Positions 1 through 8,266 of a stretch of 64,000 nt of DNA are shown one piece after another. The stretch's first letter is position 1; each line of letters begins with the position of its first letter. The notes beneath the pieces were generated by a model. It was not told the DNA's origin. It searched no databases and was given only the letters and a program-made list of their open reading frames with translations. The stretch lies in contig JACQEP010000007.1 of the NCBI GenBank assembly GCA_016200485.1, forward strand, positions 48,653 through 112,652, written 5' to 3'. A program made the position numbers and the translations under genes. The stretch comes from Gammaproteobacteria bacterium (GTDB lineage: Bacteria; Pseudomonadota; Gammaproteobacteria; Tenderiales; Tenderiaceae).

Positions 1-1
1 C

Positions 2-1402
2 GAAAATCATCGCATCGAATACAAGCGCGAACTGACGGACGACCTGGAAAAACAAGTCGTCGCTTTTCTCAATGCACGTGACGGTGGCGTCATTTACCTT
101 GGCATTGACGATGAAGGCAACGCGACGGGGGTAGACGAGTGCGATCAGCTCCAATTGGTAATCAAAGACCGGCTCAAAAACAACATCCAGCCCTCCATCA
201 TGGGGTTGTTTGAAATCATCCACGAACAAATGCAGGGTAAGGATGTCATTCGCCTCACCCTGGCAGGCGGATTGGAAAAGCCCTACTACCTGAAAAAATA
301 CGGCATGACCGAAAAAGGGTGCTATCTGCGCGTCGGCAGTGCCGCAGAACCCATGCCTCAGGCGATGATTGAAACACTTTTCAGCAAGCGGGTGCGTAAC
401 ACCATTGGCCGCATGGAATCACCACGTCGCGATCTTAGCTTTGAACAGCTCAACATTTACTATCAGGCCCGCGGCCTCCACCTCAATGACGCATTCATGA
501 AAAGCCTGGAGCTGCTCACGCCCGATGAAAAGCCCAACTATGCTGCCTATTTGCTGGCCGATGAAAACGGCGTCTCTTTACAGATAGCCAAATACGCAGG
601 CACTGACCGGGTCGATCTGATCGAAAACCGCGACTATGGCCGCTGCTCACTGGTCAAGGCGCTCAAAGCGGTGCTGGAACGTATCGAAGTGGAGAACACT
701 GTCTACACCAAAATCGGCTACCCCTTACGGCAGGAGCGGGCGATGATCGACGCCATCGCCATGCGCGAGGCCGTGATCAATGCCGTGGTCCACAACGATT
801 ACTCCTATGGCGCCAGCCCCAAAGTGGAGTTTTTCTCCGACCGGGTCGAGATCACCTCCATGGGCGGTCTGCCTTATGGTGTGACCGAAGAGGACTTTTT
901 CAGCGGTTGCTCCATTCCCCGCAACAAAGAGATCATGCGCGTGTTTCGTGACCTGGAGATTGTCGAGCACCTCGGCTCCGGCATACCGCGCATTCTGGAA
1001 AAATACGCACGCAACGCCTTTGAGATCCGCAGCAGCTTTGTGCGGGTGATATTCCCCTACAACAAACCCTTTGAAGAAACCGCCCCCGGAACCGAGGCCC
1101 AGGCAGGGGTAGAGTCAGGGGTAGAGTCAGGGGTAGAGTCAGGGGTAGAGTCAGGGGTAGAGTCAGAAATGGCTTTGCAGATCATGACATTGCTTATGTC
1201 TGCCGCGCTATCCAAAACCGAAATAGCCAACGCCCTTGGTAAACAAAAACCAACCCGCTATCTCAATGATTTGATGAAAAAACTACTGGAAGCGGGCCAA
1301 GTGGCCTACACCCTGCCCGGCAAACCCAACAGCCGCCTGCAAAAATACCGGCTGACCGATGCAGGCCATGCCCTGCTGAAAACATTAAAAGACGAGAAAT
1401 AA
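2..1402 (+). CDS. AlbA_2 ('divergent AAA'/Schlafen-like) + HATPase_c_4 domain DNA-binding ATPase-like protein with C-terminal winged-helix; 5' end lies outside the window (frame open from position 2).
   Basis: ORF 155..1402 has no stop upstream in the same frame back to position 2. The upstream residues (ENHRIEYKRELTDDLEKQVVAFLNARDGGVIYLGIDDEGNATG) match the AlbA_2 N-terminal domain. The HLGSGIPRI motif is typical of HATPase_c_4. The C-terminal MTLLMS..KTEIANALG segment reads as a winged HTH. The stop lies 2 nt before the hsdM ATG. Confidence 0.75.
   Translation, partial: ENHRIEYKRELTDDLEKQVVAFLNARDGGVIYLGIDDEGNATGVDECDQLQLVIKDRLKNNIQPSIMGLFEIIHEQMQGKDVIRLTLAGGLEKPYYLKKYGMTEKGCYLRVGSAAEPMPQAMIETLFSKRVRNTIGRMESPRRDLSFEQLNIYYQARGLHLNDAFMKSLELLTPDEKPNYAAYLLADENGVSLQIAKYAGTDRVDLIENRDYGRCSLVKALKAVLERIEVENTVYTKIGYPLRQERAMIDAIAMREAVINAVVHNDYSYGASPKVEFFSDRVEITSMGGLPYGVTEEDFFSGCSIPRNKEIMRVFRDLEIVEHLGSGIPRILEKYARNAFEIRSSFVRVIFPYNKPFEETAPGTEAQAGVESGVESGVESGVESGVESEMALQIMTLLMSAALSKTEIANALGKQKPTRYLNDLMKKLLEAGQVAYTLPGKPNSRLQKYRLTDAGHALLKTLKDEK
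1104..1163 (+). repeat. Perfect 12-bp tandem repeat (caggggtagagt) x5, in frame, encoding (GVES)5 in the linker of the AlbA_2/HATPase_c_4 protein.
   Basis: Direct reading of the sequence gives five identical contiguous 12-mers followed by a partial 'cag'. Confidence 0.95.
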
Positions 1403-1404
1403 CC

Positions 1405-3066
1405 ATGCTGCAAAATAACCCCGAACTAAAAGCAAAAATCGACCAGCTCTGGAATAAATTCTGGAGCGGCGGTATCTCCAATCCACTCACCGCCATCGAG
1501 CAGATTACCTACCTATTGTTCATGAAGCGGCTCGATGAAATCGACCAAAAAAAACAGGCCGATGCCGAATGGACAGGTGAGTTATATCTTTCCAAATTCG
1601 AAGGAACCTGGATGCCGCCGCAATATCGCGGGCAAAAGGATGAGAAAAAATACGCCATTGAAAAATACAAACTTCGCTGGGGTGAATTCAAAAACTATCA
1701 TGCCGAAGAGATGCTGGCTCATGTACAAACCAATGTCTTTCCTTTCCTGAAAGACCTTAACGGTGGCGAGTCAAAATTCACGCACCACATGAAAAATGCC
1801 GTCTTCATCATCCCCAAACCAGCGCTACTGGTAGAGGCAGTGAAGACCATCGACGAAATCTTCGGCATCATGGAGAAAGACTCCCAGGAAACCGGCTGCG
1901 CCTTTCAGGATATCCAGGGGGACGTCTATGAATTCCTGCTCTCTGAGATCGCCAGTGCCGGAAAAAATGGCCAATTCCGCACCCCGCGCCATATCATCAA
2001 GATGATGACTGAACTGGTGCAACCGCAACTGGGCCAGAACATCATCGACCCAGCCTGTGGTTCCGGCGGATTTTTATTGGGGGCCTATCAATACATCATC
2101 ACCCAATTAGCCATTAACGCCGGAGCTACCATCAAAATAACGCCCGACGAAGATGGCTTTAGGCGTACCTCCATCGCCGCAGGGAACACTGAAAATGCCC
2201 AAAGCATCCTGCAACGCACACTGCATGGCTATGACATCGACAGTACCATGGTACGCCTTGGTCTCATGAACCTGATGATGCACGGCATCAACGATCCGCA
2301 GATCGACTACAAAGACACCCTCAGCAAGAGCTTTAACGCCGAAGGCGAATATAACATTGTCATGGCCAACCCGCCCTTCACCGGCAGCATCGACAAGGGC
2401 GATATCAACGAACACTTGCAACTGGCCACCACCAAAACCGAACTGCTGTTTGTCGAGAACATCTACCGCCTGCTGAAAAAAGGCGGCACCGGCTGTGTCA
2501 TCGTGCTGCAAGGCGTGTTGTTCGGTTCCGGCAAGGCCTTCAAGGATCTACGCGAAACCCTGGTGACGCGCTGCGACCTCAAGGCCGTTATCACCATGCC
2601 CAGCGGCGTCTTCAAACCCTATGCCGGGGTCAGTACCGCGATTCTCCTCTTCACCAAGGTGTGGGGACCAAAAGAGAATGTCATCAAACCAGCCACCGAA
2701 CACGTCTGGTTCTACGAAATGGCCGCCGATGGTTATTCGCTGGACGACAAACGCACGAAGCTCGAAGGCCATGGCGACTTGCAGGACATCATCGCCAAAT
2801 ATCACGCACGTAATGCAGAGACAGACACCGACCGTACCCAGAAATATTTCATGGTGCCGCGCACTGACATCGAGGCCGAAGGTTATGACCTGAGCTTAAG
2901 TCGTTACAAGGAAGATGTATTTGAAGAGGTGGAGTACGAAGCCCCGGCGGTAATACTGGATAAGTTGCTCAAGGCGGAAGTGGGTAATGCCAGTGACAAG
3001 GAGCTGACCAAGGTACAGAGTGGCATTGTGCGCGAGTTGTTGGAGTTACGGGAGATGATTGGATGA
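1405..3066 (+). CDS. hsdM: Type I restriction-modification system, DNA methyltransferase subunit M (N6-adenine).
   Basis: HsdM N-terminal signature (LWNKFWSGGISNPLTAIEQITYLLFMKRLD), GQFRTPRHII, AdoMet motif I (DPACGSGGFL) and catalytic motif IV (NPPF). Stop overlaps the hsdS start (ATGA). Confidence 0.93.
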   Translation: MLQNNPELKAKIDQLWNKFWSGGISNPLTAIEQITYLLFMKRLDEIDQKKQADAEWTGELYLSKFEGTWMPPQYRGQKDEKKYAIEKYKLRWGEFKNYHAEEMLAHVQTNVFPFLKDLNGGESKFTHHMKNAVFIIPKPALLVEAVKTIDEIFGIMEKDSQETGCAFQDIQGDVYEFLLSEIASAGKNGQFRTPRHIIKMMTELVQPQLGQNIIDPACGSGGFLLGAYQYIITQLAINAGATIKITPDEDGFRRTSIAAGNTENAQSILQRTLHGYDIDSTMVRLGLMNLMMHGINDPQIDYKDTLSKSFNAEGEYNIVMANPPFTGSIDKGDINEHLQLATTKTELLFVENIYRLLKKGGTGCVIVLQGVLFGSGKAFKDLRETLVTRCDLKAVITMPSGVFKPYAGVSTAILLFTKVWGPKENVIKPATEHVWFYEMAADGYSLDDKRTKLEGHGDLQDIIAKYHARNAETDTDRTQKYFMVPRTDIEAEGYDLSLSRYKEDVFEEVEYEAPAVILDKLLKAEVGNASDKELTKVQSGIVRELLELREMIG

Positions 3067-4643
3067 GAACCGTTGCTCTCGGTGAAATTTGCAAAATTGT
3101 ATCGGGCTCAACCCCTAAAAGGAATAAACCAGAATATTGGGGAGGAGAAATCCCATGGGTTACGCCTAAAGAACTTAGCAAGATGGGATCTCCATATTTG
3201 GAAGATTCCATGGAAAAAATTACTGAACTTGGCTTCAAGTCATGTTCAACAACAATGTTGCCACCTAGGTCATTGCTGCTTAGCTCTAGAGCTCCTATTG
3301 GTTTACTGGCTATAAACAAAAAGAGTGTTTGCACGAATCAAGGTTTCAAAAGCTTGGTGCCATCAGAAGAGGCTCATGTTGAATATCTCTACTACTTCTT
3401 GAAAAACAATATTGGGGCATTACAAGCAAAGGGTAACGGCGCAACTTTTAAAGAATTATCAAGGTCTTCTGTAGAAGAGTTCAAAATCCGCCTCCCACCA
3501 CTTGACGACCAAATCCGCATTGCCCATCTGCTCGGCAAAGTGGAAGGGCTGATCGCCCAGCGCAAACAACACCTGCAACAACTCGACGACCTGCTCAAAA
3601 GCGTCTTTCTGGAGATGTTTGGCGATCCGGTGCGGAATGAGAAGGGGTGGGACATTCAACCTTGCCAAAAAGCCGTATTGGATATTTCTTCAGGCACAAG
3701 TTACGGCGGTGAAGACAGGGCGTTTGTAGGTTCTGACGAAGTTGGAGTGCTGAAGATAAGTGCAGTAACAAAAGGCACATTTGATCCAGCAGAGTTTAAG
3801 GTTGTTAATCCAGCGCAGATAACGAAGACACTTCGCTTTGTTAAGCGTGGCGATTTTCTGTTTAGTCGTGCAAATACGGTCGAGCTTGTTGCTGCATGCT
3901 GCGTTGTTCCACAGGACTACGCACGGTTATTTCTGCCCGATAAGTTATGGGTTTTGACTCTCAATGCTGAGTTAGTAAATTCGCAATTCTTCAATCGCTT
4001 GCTGAAGAATGAACGCTTTCGAGATGTCGTAAGAAGCCTGGCGAGCGGCGGCCACGATTCGATGCTGAATATTTCGATGAAGAAATTTATGACTCTCGAT
4101 ATTCCATGCCCGCCGATCAATCTCCAAAATCAATTCGCCGCAATCGTTGAAAAGATCGAAGGTATCAAATCCCACTACCAACAAAGCCTCACAGAACTAG
4201 AAAACCTCTATGGTGCATTAAGCCAAAAGGCCTTCAAAGGGGAGCTAGATTTGTCGCGTGCCCCTCTGTTAGTGAAGCTGGATGTCGCCGACAACCTAAC
4301 AATGCAACTGGAAGAGAAGGCGGGCCAGAGACATGTAACTACATCCATTGATGTGGTTGATGAGTACCCCATGTCAAACCCGGCTGCCCGCGAGAGGCTG
4401 CTTCGTAGGCTGTTTGATGAGTTTATACAAGACCTGAAAAAAGGTGCCGTCTTGTCGTTAGATTACTTCTGGCAATCAGTGCACTGGAAAGCCGTGGATT
4501 TTACGCACGAAGGGGAGCAGCCCTTTGGCTCGGCGGAGTATGAGCTGGTAAAACGCTGGTTGTTTGAATCTATTAAGTCGGGGCAGTTGGAACAGGCTTT
4601 TGATGAGGATAACAACAAAATTGCGCTGAAGTTGACAGGCTGA
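3063..4643 (+). CDS. hsdS: Type I RM specificity subunit S with two target-recognition domains plus an unusual ~128-aa C-terminal extension.
   Basis: TRD1 start (GEICKIVSGSTPKRNKPEYWGGEIPWVTPKEL). Central conserved region (LPPLDDQIRIAHLLGKVEGLIAQRKQHLQQLDDLLKSVFLEMFGDP). Second conserved region (NLQNQFAAIVEKIEGIKSHYQQSLTELENLYGALSQKAFKGEL). Coding continues ~128 aa past the usual HsdS end. TRD1 (3063-3480) is visibly AT-rich relative to the conserved spacers. Confidence 0.9.
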   Translation: MRTVALGEICKIVSGSTPKRNKPEYWGGEIPWVTPKELSKMGSPYLEDSMEKITELGFKSCSTTMLPPRSLLLSSRAPIGLLAINKKSVCTNQGFKSLVPSEEAHVEYLYYFLKNNIGALQAKGNGATFKELSRSSVEEFKIRLPPLDDQIRIAHLLGKVEGLIAQRKQHLQQLDDLLKSVFLEMFGDPVRNEKGWDIQPCQKAVLDISSGTSYGGEDRAFVGSDEVGVLKISAVTKGTFDPAEFKVVNPAQITKTLRFVKRGDFLFSRANTVELVAACCVVPQDYARLFLPDKLWVLTLNAELVNSQFFNRLLKNERFRDVVRSLASGGHDSMLNISMKKFMTLDIPCPPINLQNQFAAIVEKIEGIKSHYQQSLTELENLYGALSQKAFKGELDLSRAPLLVKLDVADNLTMQLEEKAGQRHVTTSIDVVDEYPMSNPAARERLLRRLFDEFIQDLKKGAVLSLDYFWQSVHWKAVDFTHEGEQPFGSAEYELVKRWLFESIKSGQLEQAFDEDNNKIALKLTG

Positions 4644-4648
4644 TCCTG

Positions 4649-6454
4649 GTGAAACTGTTGCGGCTAAAGATCACCGATCCTGCTGGTTTCCGCAGCCTGC
4701 AGCCGGGTTTCGAGTATCTCTTCCGTACGCCCTGGGAAATCGAAAGCGAGTTGCAGGAGGGGCAGGGCTTTGCGCCTTTTGTTTGTGCTGGACCAAATGG
4801 CAGCGGTAAGTCCAATCTGCTCGAAGTTCTGGCGGCAATATTTTTTAGCATTGAAAGCCGTTATTTGGATTTTTTACCAGATCAATTTGCCGAAAACGGT
4901 GAGGAAGTCGATGTATTTACATCGACAAATACCAAGCCCGACAGCTTCGAGCTGGAATACTTGATACCTCATGAGACTAATACCAGTCCCGTCGAATTTA
5001 AGGACGCTCATGTTGTCATATCAAAAACAGCGGGAAATAGTCCAGAATTGAATTGTTTAAATAAAAGCGAGTTCGGCATTGATGAAAAGGACTCTATTTC
5101 TCGACAACAAGCCAAAAAACTATTACCGCAGTATGTTCTTGGTTGCTCTTCGGGGGAAAACGAGATATTGAGCCTGCCTTTTTTCAAGCTGCGTTTTGTC
5201 CAGTTCGATGAATATTGGAATGCGCTAAGCAACCAATTGCCTTATCCAGGTAGACCAGAAACTAGGCTTGCCTATCTCGATAGTTCCTTTAGTCAGGCGA
5301 TTTTGCTCTGCAATCTGCTCTTTCAGGATGCAGAAACGCTAATGCCATTTCGCGAAGACGTTGGCGTGGAGGAACTGAGAGAGTTTCGTATTATTATCAA
5401 GCGCAGCATCGATGTTTCCGCTGAGATTGCTGCGAAATTTGAAAGAGGAGGTTTTGCTGAAGAGGGTTATGCGCAGGGTGGATATTATGCCAGTAATCCA
5501 GCGCTTACCTTGGACGGCGAGACCGGTCGTCACACCATTAATCTCATGCGCCTGCTTGAGGCCGGTAAAGATTCCGCAGAGAATTTTGATCCAATCGTTA
5601 CACGTCTAAAACGATGTGCGACTTGCTCCTTCGTGGATGAAACAACCGATACGCTTTATCTCGATTATTACGTCAATGAAGCAACTAAAGAGGCGTTCAA
5701 AGAAAATTTCGATTATTCGCCAATAGCATTGTTTCAGGCGTTTCAGGTCTTGCTCTCACTTAATCTCTATTCCGTTAGCGATACATTGAAAAGTAACCTG
5801 TACAAATCCGATAGCCTTTATGTTGGGGAAACCGTGCCAATCTTAGCCTCTGATGAGCGCATTATGAGATTTAAGCATTTTCTGTTAAAGAAAAGGGGCG
5901 CTGAAGAATCTGTGCTTCTTAAAAGCCTATCTGATGGCGAGCATCAGCTTTTGCACATCCTTGGCCTATGTTTGTTGTTCAGAAATACCAACAGTCTATT
6001 TCTGCTCGATGAGCCGGAAACCCACTTCAACCCGGACTGGCGTTCGAACTTTATCACGCGCCTGCGCCAGTGTTTTCGCGAGTCCACAGATACCCATGAA
6101 ATGCTTGTTACGACCCATGCCCCCTTCTTAATCTCCGACAGTAAACCAGAAAAGGTACTGGTCTTTAAGAAAGACGAGGGGCTCGGAACGGTCAACATCA
6201 GCAAACCGGATTACAACACCCTGGGCGCATCGATTAACAAGATCACTATGAATACCTTCGGCAAACGGGAAACTATTGGCGGCTATGCACAGTCGATTCT
6301 TGAGGGTCTGCGTAACCGGTTTGAAGGTGGCGAGGACAAGGATCAGCTCATTAATGAGATTAATCAGCAACTGGGCGACTCGGTTGAAAAGGTACTGCTG
6401 ATCAAGACTATCCTTGATGGCATGGAGGGTGAGGGTAATGCTGTTCCCGTATAA
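4649..6454 (+). CDS. ABC/SMC-type (AAA_21/AAA_15-like) ATPase, GTG start; candidate PtuA-like defence ATPase.
   Basis: Walker A (GPNGSGKSN), ABC signature-like (LSDGEHQLLHILG), Walker B/D-loop (LFLLDEPETHFNP) and H-loop (TTHAPF). GTG at 4649 lies 5 nt after the hsdS stop. An insertion between Walker A and the signature is typical of SMC/OLD/PtuA-like ATPases. Confidence 0.85.
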   Translation: MKLLRLKITDPAGFRSLQPGFEYLFRTPWEIESELQEGQGFAPFVCAGPNGSGKSNLLEVLAAIFFSIESRYLDFLPDQFAENGEEVDVFTSTNTKPDSFELEYLIPHETNTSPVEFKDAHVVISKTAGNSPELNCLNKSEFGIDEKDSISRQQAKKLLPQYVLGCSSGENEILSLPFFKLRFVQFDEYWNALSNQLPYPGRPETRLAYLDSSFSQAILLCNLLFQDAETLMPFREDVGVEELREFRIIIKRSIDVSAEIAAKFERGGFAEEGYAQGGYYASNPALTLDGETGRHTINLMRLLEAGKDSAENFDPIVTRLKRCATCSFVDETTDTLYLDYYVNEATKEAFKENFDYSPIALFQAFQVLLSLNLYSVSDTLKSNLYKSDSLYVGETVPILASDERIMRFKHFLLKKRGAEESVLLKSLSDGEHQLLHILGLCLLFRNTNSLFLLDEPETHFNPDWRSNFITRLRQCFRESTDTHEMLVTTHAPFLISDSKPEKVLVFKKDEGLGTVNISKPDYNTLGASINKITMNTFGKRETIGGYAQSILEGLRNRFEGGEDKDQLINEINQQLGDSVEKVLLIKTILDGMEGEGNAVPV

Positions 6455-7526
6455 ATACGTTCCGCACCAGATGGAGAAGATGCAAGAGTTTATCGACTTT
6501 ATCTTTTTTGAGGTGTGGTGCAAGGCTCTTTGGGAAGAGTACGATATTTCCCTCTTCAACAGTTGCCCAGAGCTGAAAACCATGATCGAAGGTCTGTACC
6601 ACACGGAGCCCAAGGGGGCAGATTTTTTCATAAAAGGCATTCAACAGATTTTCGATCAATTCAAAGTTCTGAATTATTTTGACTTGATGCGAATGCAAAG
6701 GTGGTACGAGGCAAATAACAATATAGAAGCAGCTTGTAGTCGAAAAGGAAAGGTTAATCCTGTTAGGTATGGCTCTTTAGGAAAAAGCTTCAATGAGCGG
6801 TACCAAGGGCTGAGTAAATCGCTTCACGCGTTCTTCAAGGACCTCTATTCACCAAACTTCTTAACGCTGAAAATTATTGAAAATGCGATTGGTAATATCG
6901 ACGACCATTATCAGCACTTCGTGCAGGTAAACACTGCGGGAAAATGCCCGTTTTGCGGAATCGGTGACGTGAAGGGCGTGCATCACACCAAGCGCGAAGC
7001 CTACGACCACTATCTCCCCAAGGCGCTCTACCCGTTTAGCTCAATCAATTTCCGCAACCTTGCTCCGGCCTGCCACGAGTGCAACAGCACCTATAAGCTC
7101 AGCAAGGACCCGGTGAATACTGCCGCAGGTCGTCGCAAGGCCTTTTACCCCTACGCTGATCCTGGTTCCAATATCGAAGTGACGATTGAACTCAGCAAGC
7201 CGGATGTTGATGATCTCACTCCTGCTGATATTCAGCTTGCCTTCGGTCCGTCGGAGTTAAATGAAGAAATTGAAACATGGAAAGATGTATACGGTATCGA
7301 GGAGCGGTATCGAGGAAAGTTGTTGGAAGGAGATGGAAAAGCGTGGCTCACAGAAATTTTGGACGAATGGAAATGGAAGGAAGTGAGCAATGGCAACGAA
7401 GGGCGCTCTCCCGCTGAATACCTTCGGGCCCTAAACCGTCACGTAACAAATTCACCATTTACAGGGGCTAATTTTCTCAAAAAGGCATTTCTTGAAGCAT
7501 GTGAAAGACAAAAATTGTTTGGCTAA
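6438..7526 (+). CDS. HNH-family endonuclease with an N-terminal ~170-aa domain of unknown function; candidate PtuB-like nuclease partner of the upstream ATPase (alternative start at 6414).
   Basis: HNH zinc/catalytic motif (CPFCG...HHTKREAYDHYLPK...FRNLAPACHECN). ATG at 6438 is preceded by GGAGGGTGAGGG and overlaps the ATPase stop at 6454. The N-terminal half is AT-rich. Confidence 0.8.
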   Translation: MLFPYKYVPHQMEKMQEFIDFIFFEVWCKALWEEYDISLFNSCPELKTMIEGLYHTEPKGADFFIKGIQQIFDQFKVLNYFDLMRMQRWYEANNNIEAACSRKGKVNPVRYGSLGKSFNERYQGLSKSLHAFFKDLYSPNFLTLKIIENAIGNIDDHYQHFVQVNTAGKCPFCGIGDVKGVHHTKREAYDHYLPKALYPFSSINFRNLAPACHECNSTYKLSKDPVNTAAGRRKAFYPYADPGSNIEVTIELSKPDVDDLTPADIQLAFGPSELNEEIETWKDVYGIEERYRGKLLEGDGKAWLTEILDEWKWKEVSNGNEGRSPAEYLRALNRHVTNSPFTGANFLKKAFLEACERQKLFG

Positions 7527-7842
7527 GAAATGATTAAATGAGCCGGGCTCGATTTGGTCATTTGCCCATTATGCAAAATCAAAGATCATTGGTGAAGAAT
7601 GGCGCTCAGACAATCAATTTTTGAGGTGATCAATTAGCCTGCTTAAGAGGCGCGTTGTGGGTAAGCGCCGTTATGAATTAGACTAAGCAAAGATTCAGAG
7701 ATTTTTCAGGGGTGGGATCAGGAAGACCCGTGCTACAAACCCTGACTCAGGTTTCGCGACCTATCGTCTCAAGGTCTATCCCATTAGGCTGGGGTCCACC
7801 CTTTTCAACTTTATAATTGTACAGCTGATGGGGGTGGGTCAG

Positions 7843-8115
7843 ATGAGCAGAGAAAATAGAATCCGTTGCAACAACATTGACTACCGGAAAGGCTTTGTCG
7901 AAGTTGAGTCTGGTGTCCACGTGGGTTGCATAACCTTAGAAACATGGAATGTTAAAATGGACCTGGATATTTCGAATCTAGACCTTTCGGATGAAGCCAT
8001 ACCAGAAGATAGCGTTACAGGAAACACAGAAATAGAAATGAGTGTTACTGAAGCCGAACAGCTAATTCAATTACTACAAAACGCAATTGATCTGGTCAGA
8101 AAAGGAAACGTATAG
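7843..8115 (+). CDS. Hypothetical small acidic protein (90 aa) in an AT-rich spacer.
   Basis: Open frame with a purine-rich stretch before the ATG. No recognisable motif. Confidence 0.25.
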   Translation: MSRENRIRCNNIDYRKGFVEVESGVHVGCITLETWNVKMDLDISNLDLSDEAIPEDSVTGNTEIEMSVTEAEQLIQLLQNAIDLVRKGNV

Positions 8116-8266
8116 CCACGTCCAGTGGATTGCTCTACGAAGTGGGTGCTTCAAATCCAGTGGTTCGGGCTTGATCTGATTGGCTCATATCATTTTATCG
8201 AATGGCCGGGTTCGGCCTAGAGCTGTAGTTCATAGTTTGTTAGCTGAACGTCTGCTTTAATGGTAA

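Noticed and set aside
725-3334. Short ORFs antisense to or overlapping the AlbA_2, hsdM and hsdS genes (e.g. 725..970-, 2107..2511-, 2969..3334-, 3073..3315+)
   Set aside because: They are embedded in genes with strong motif support, lack an RBS, and have composition typical of wrong-frame translation.
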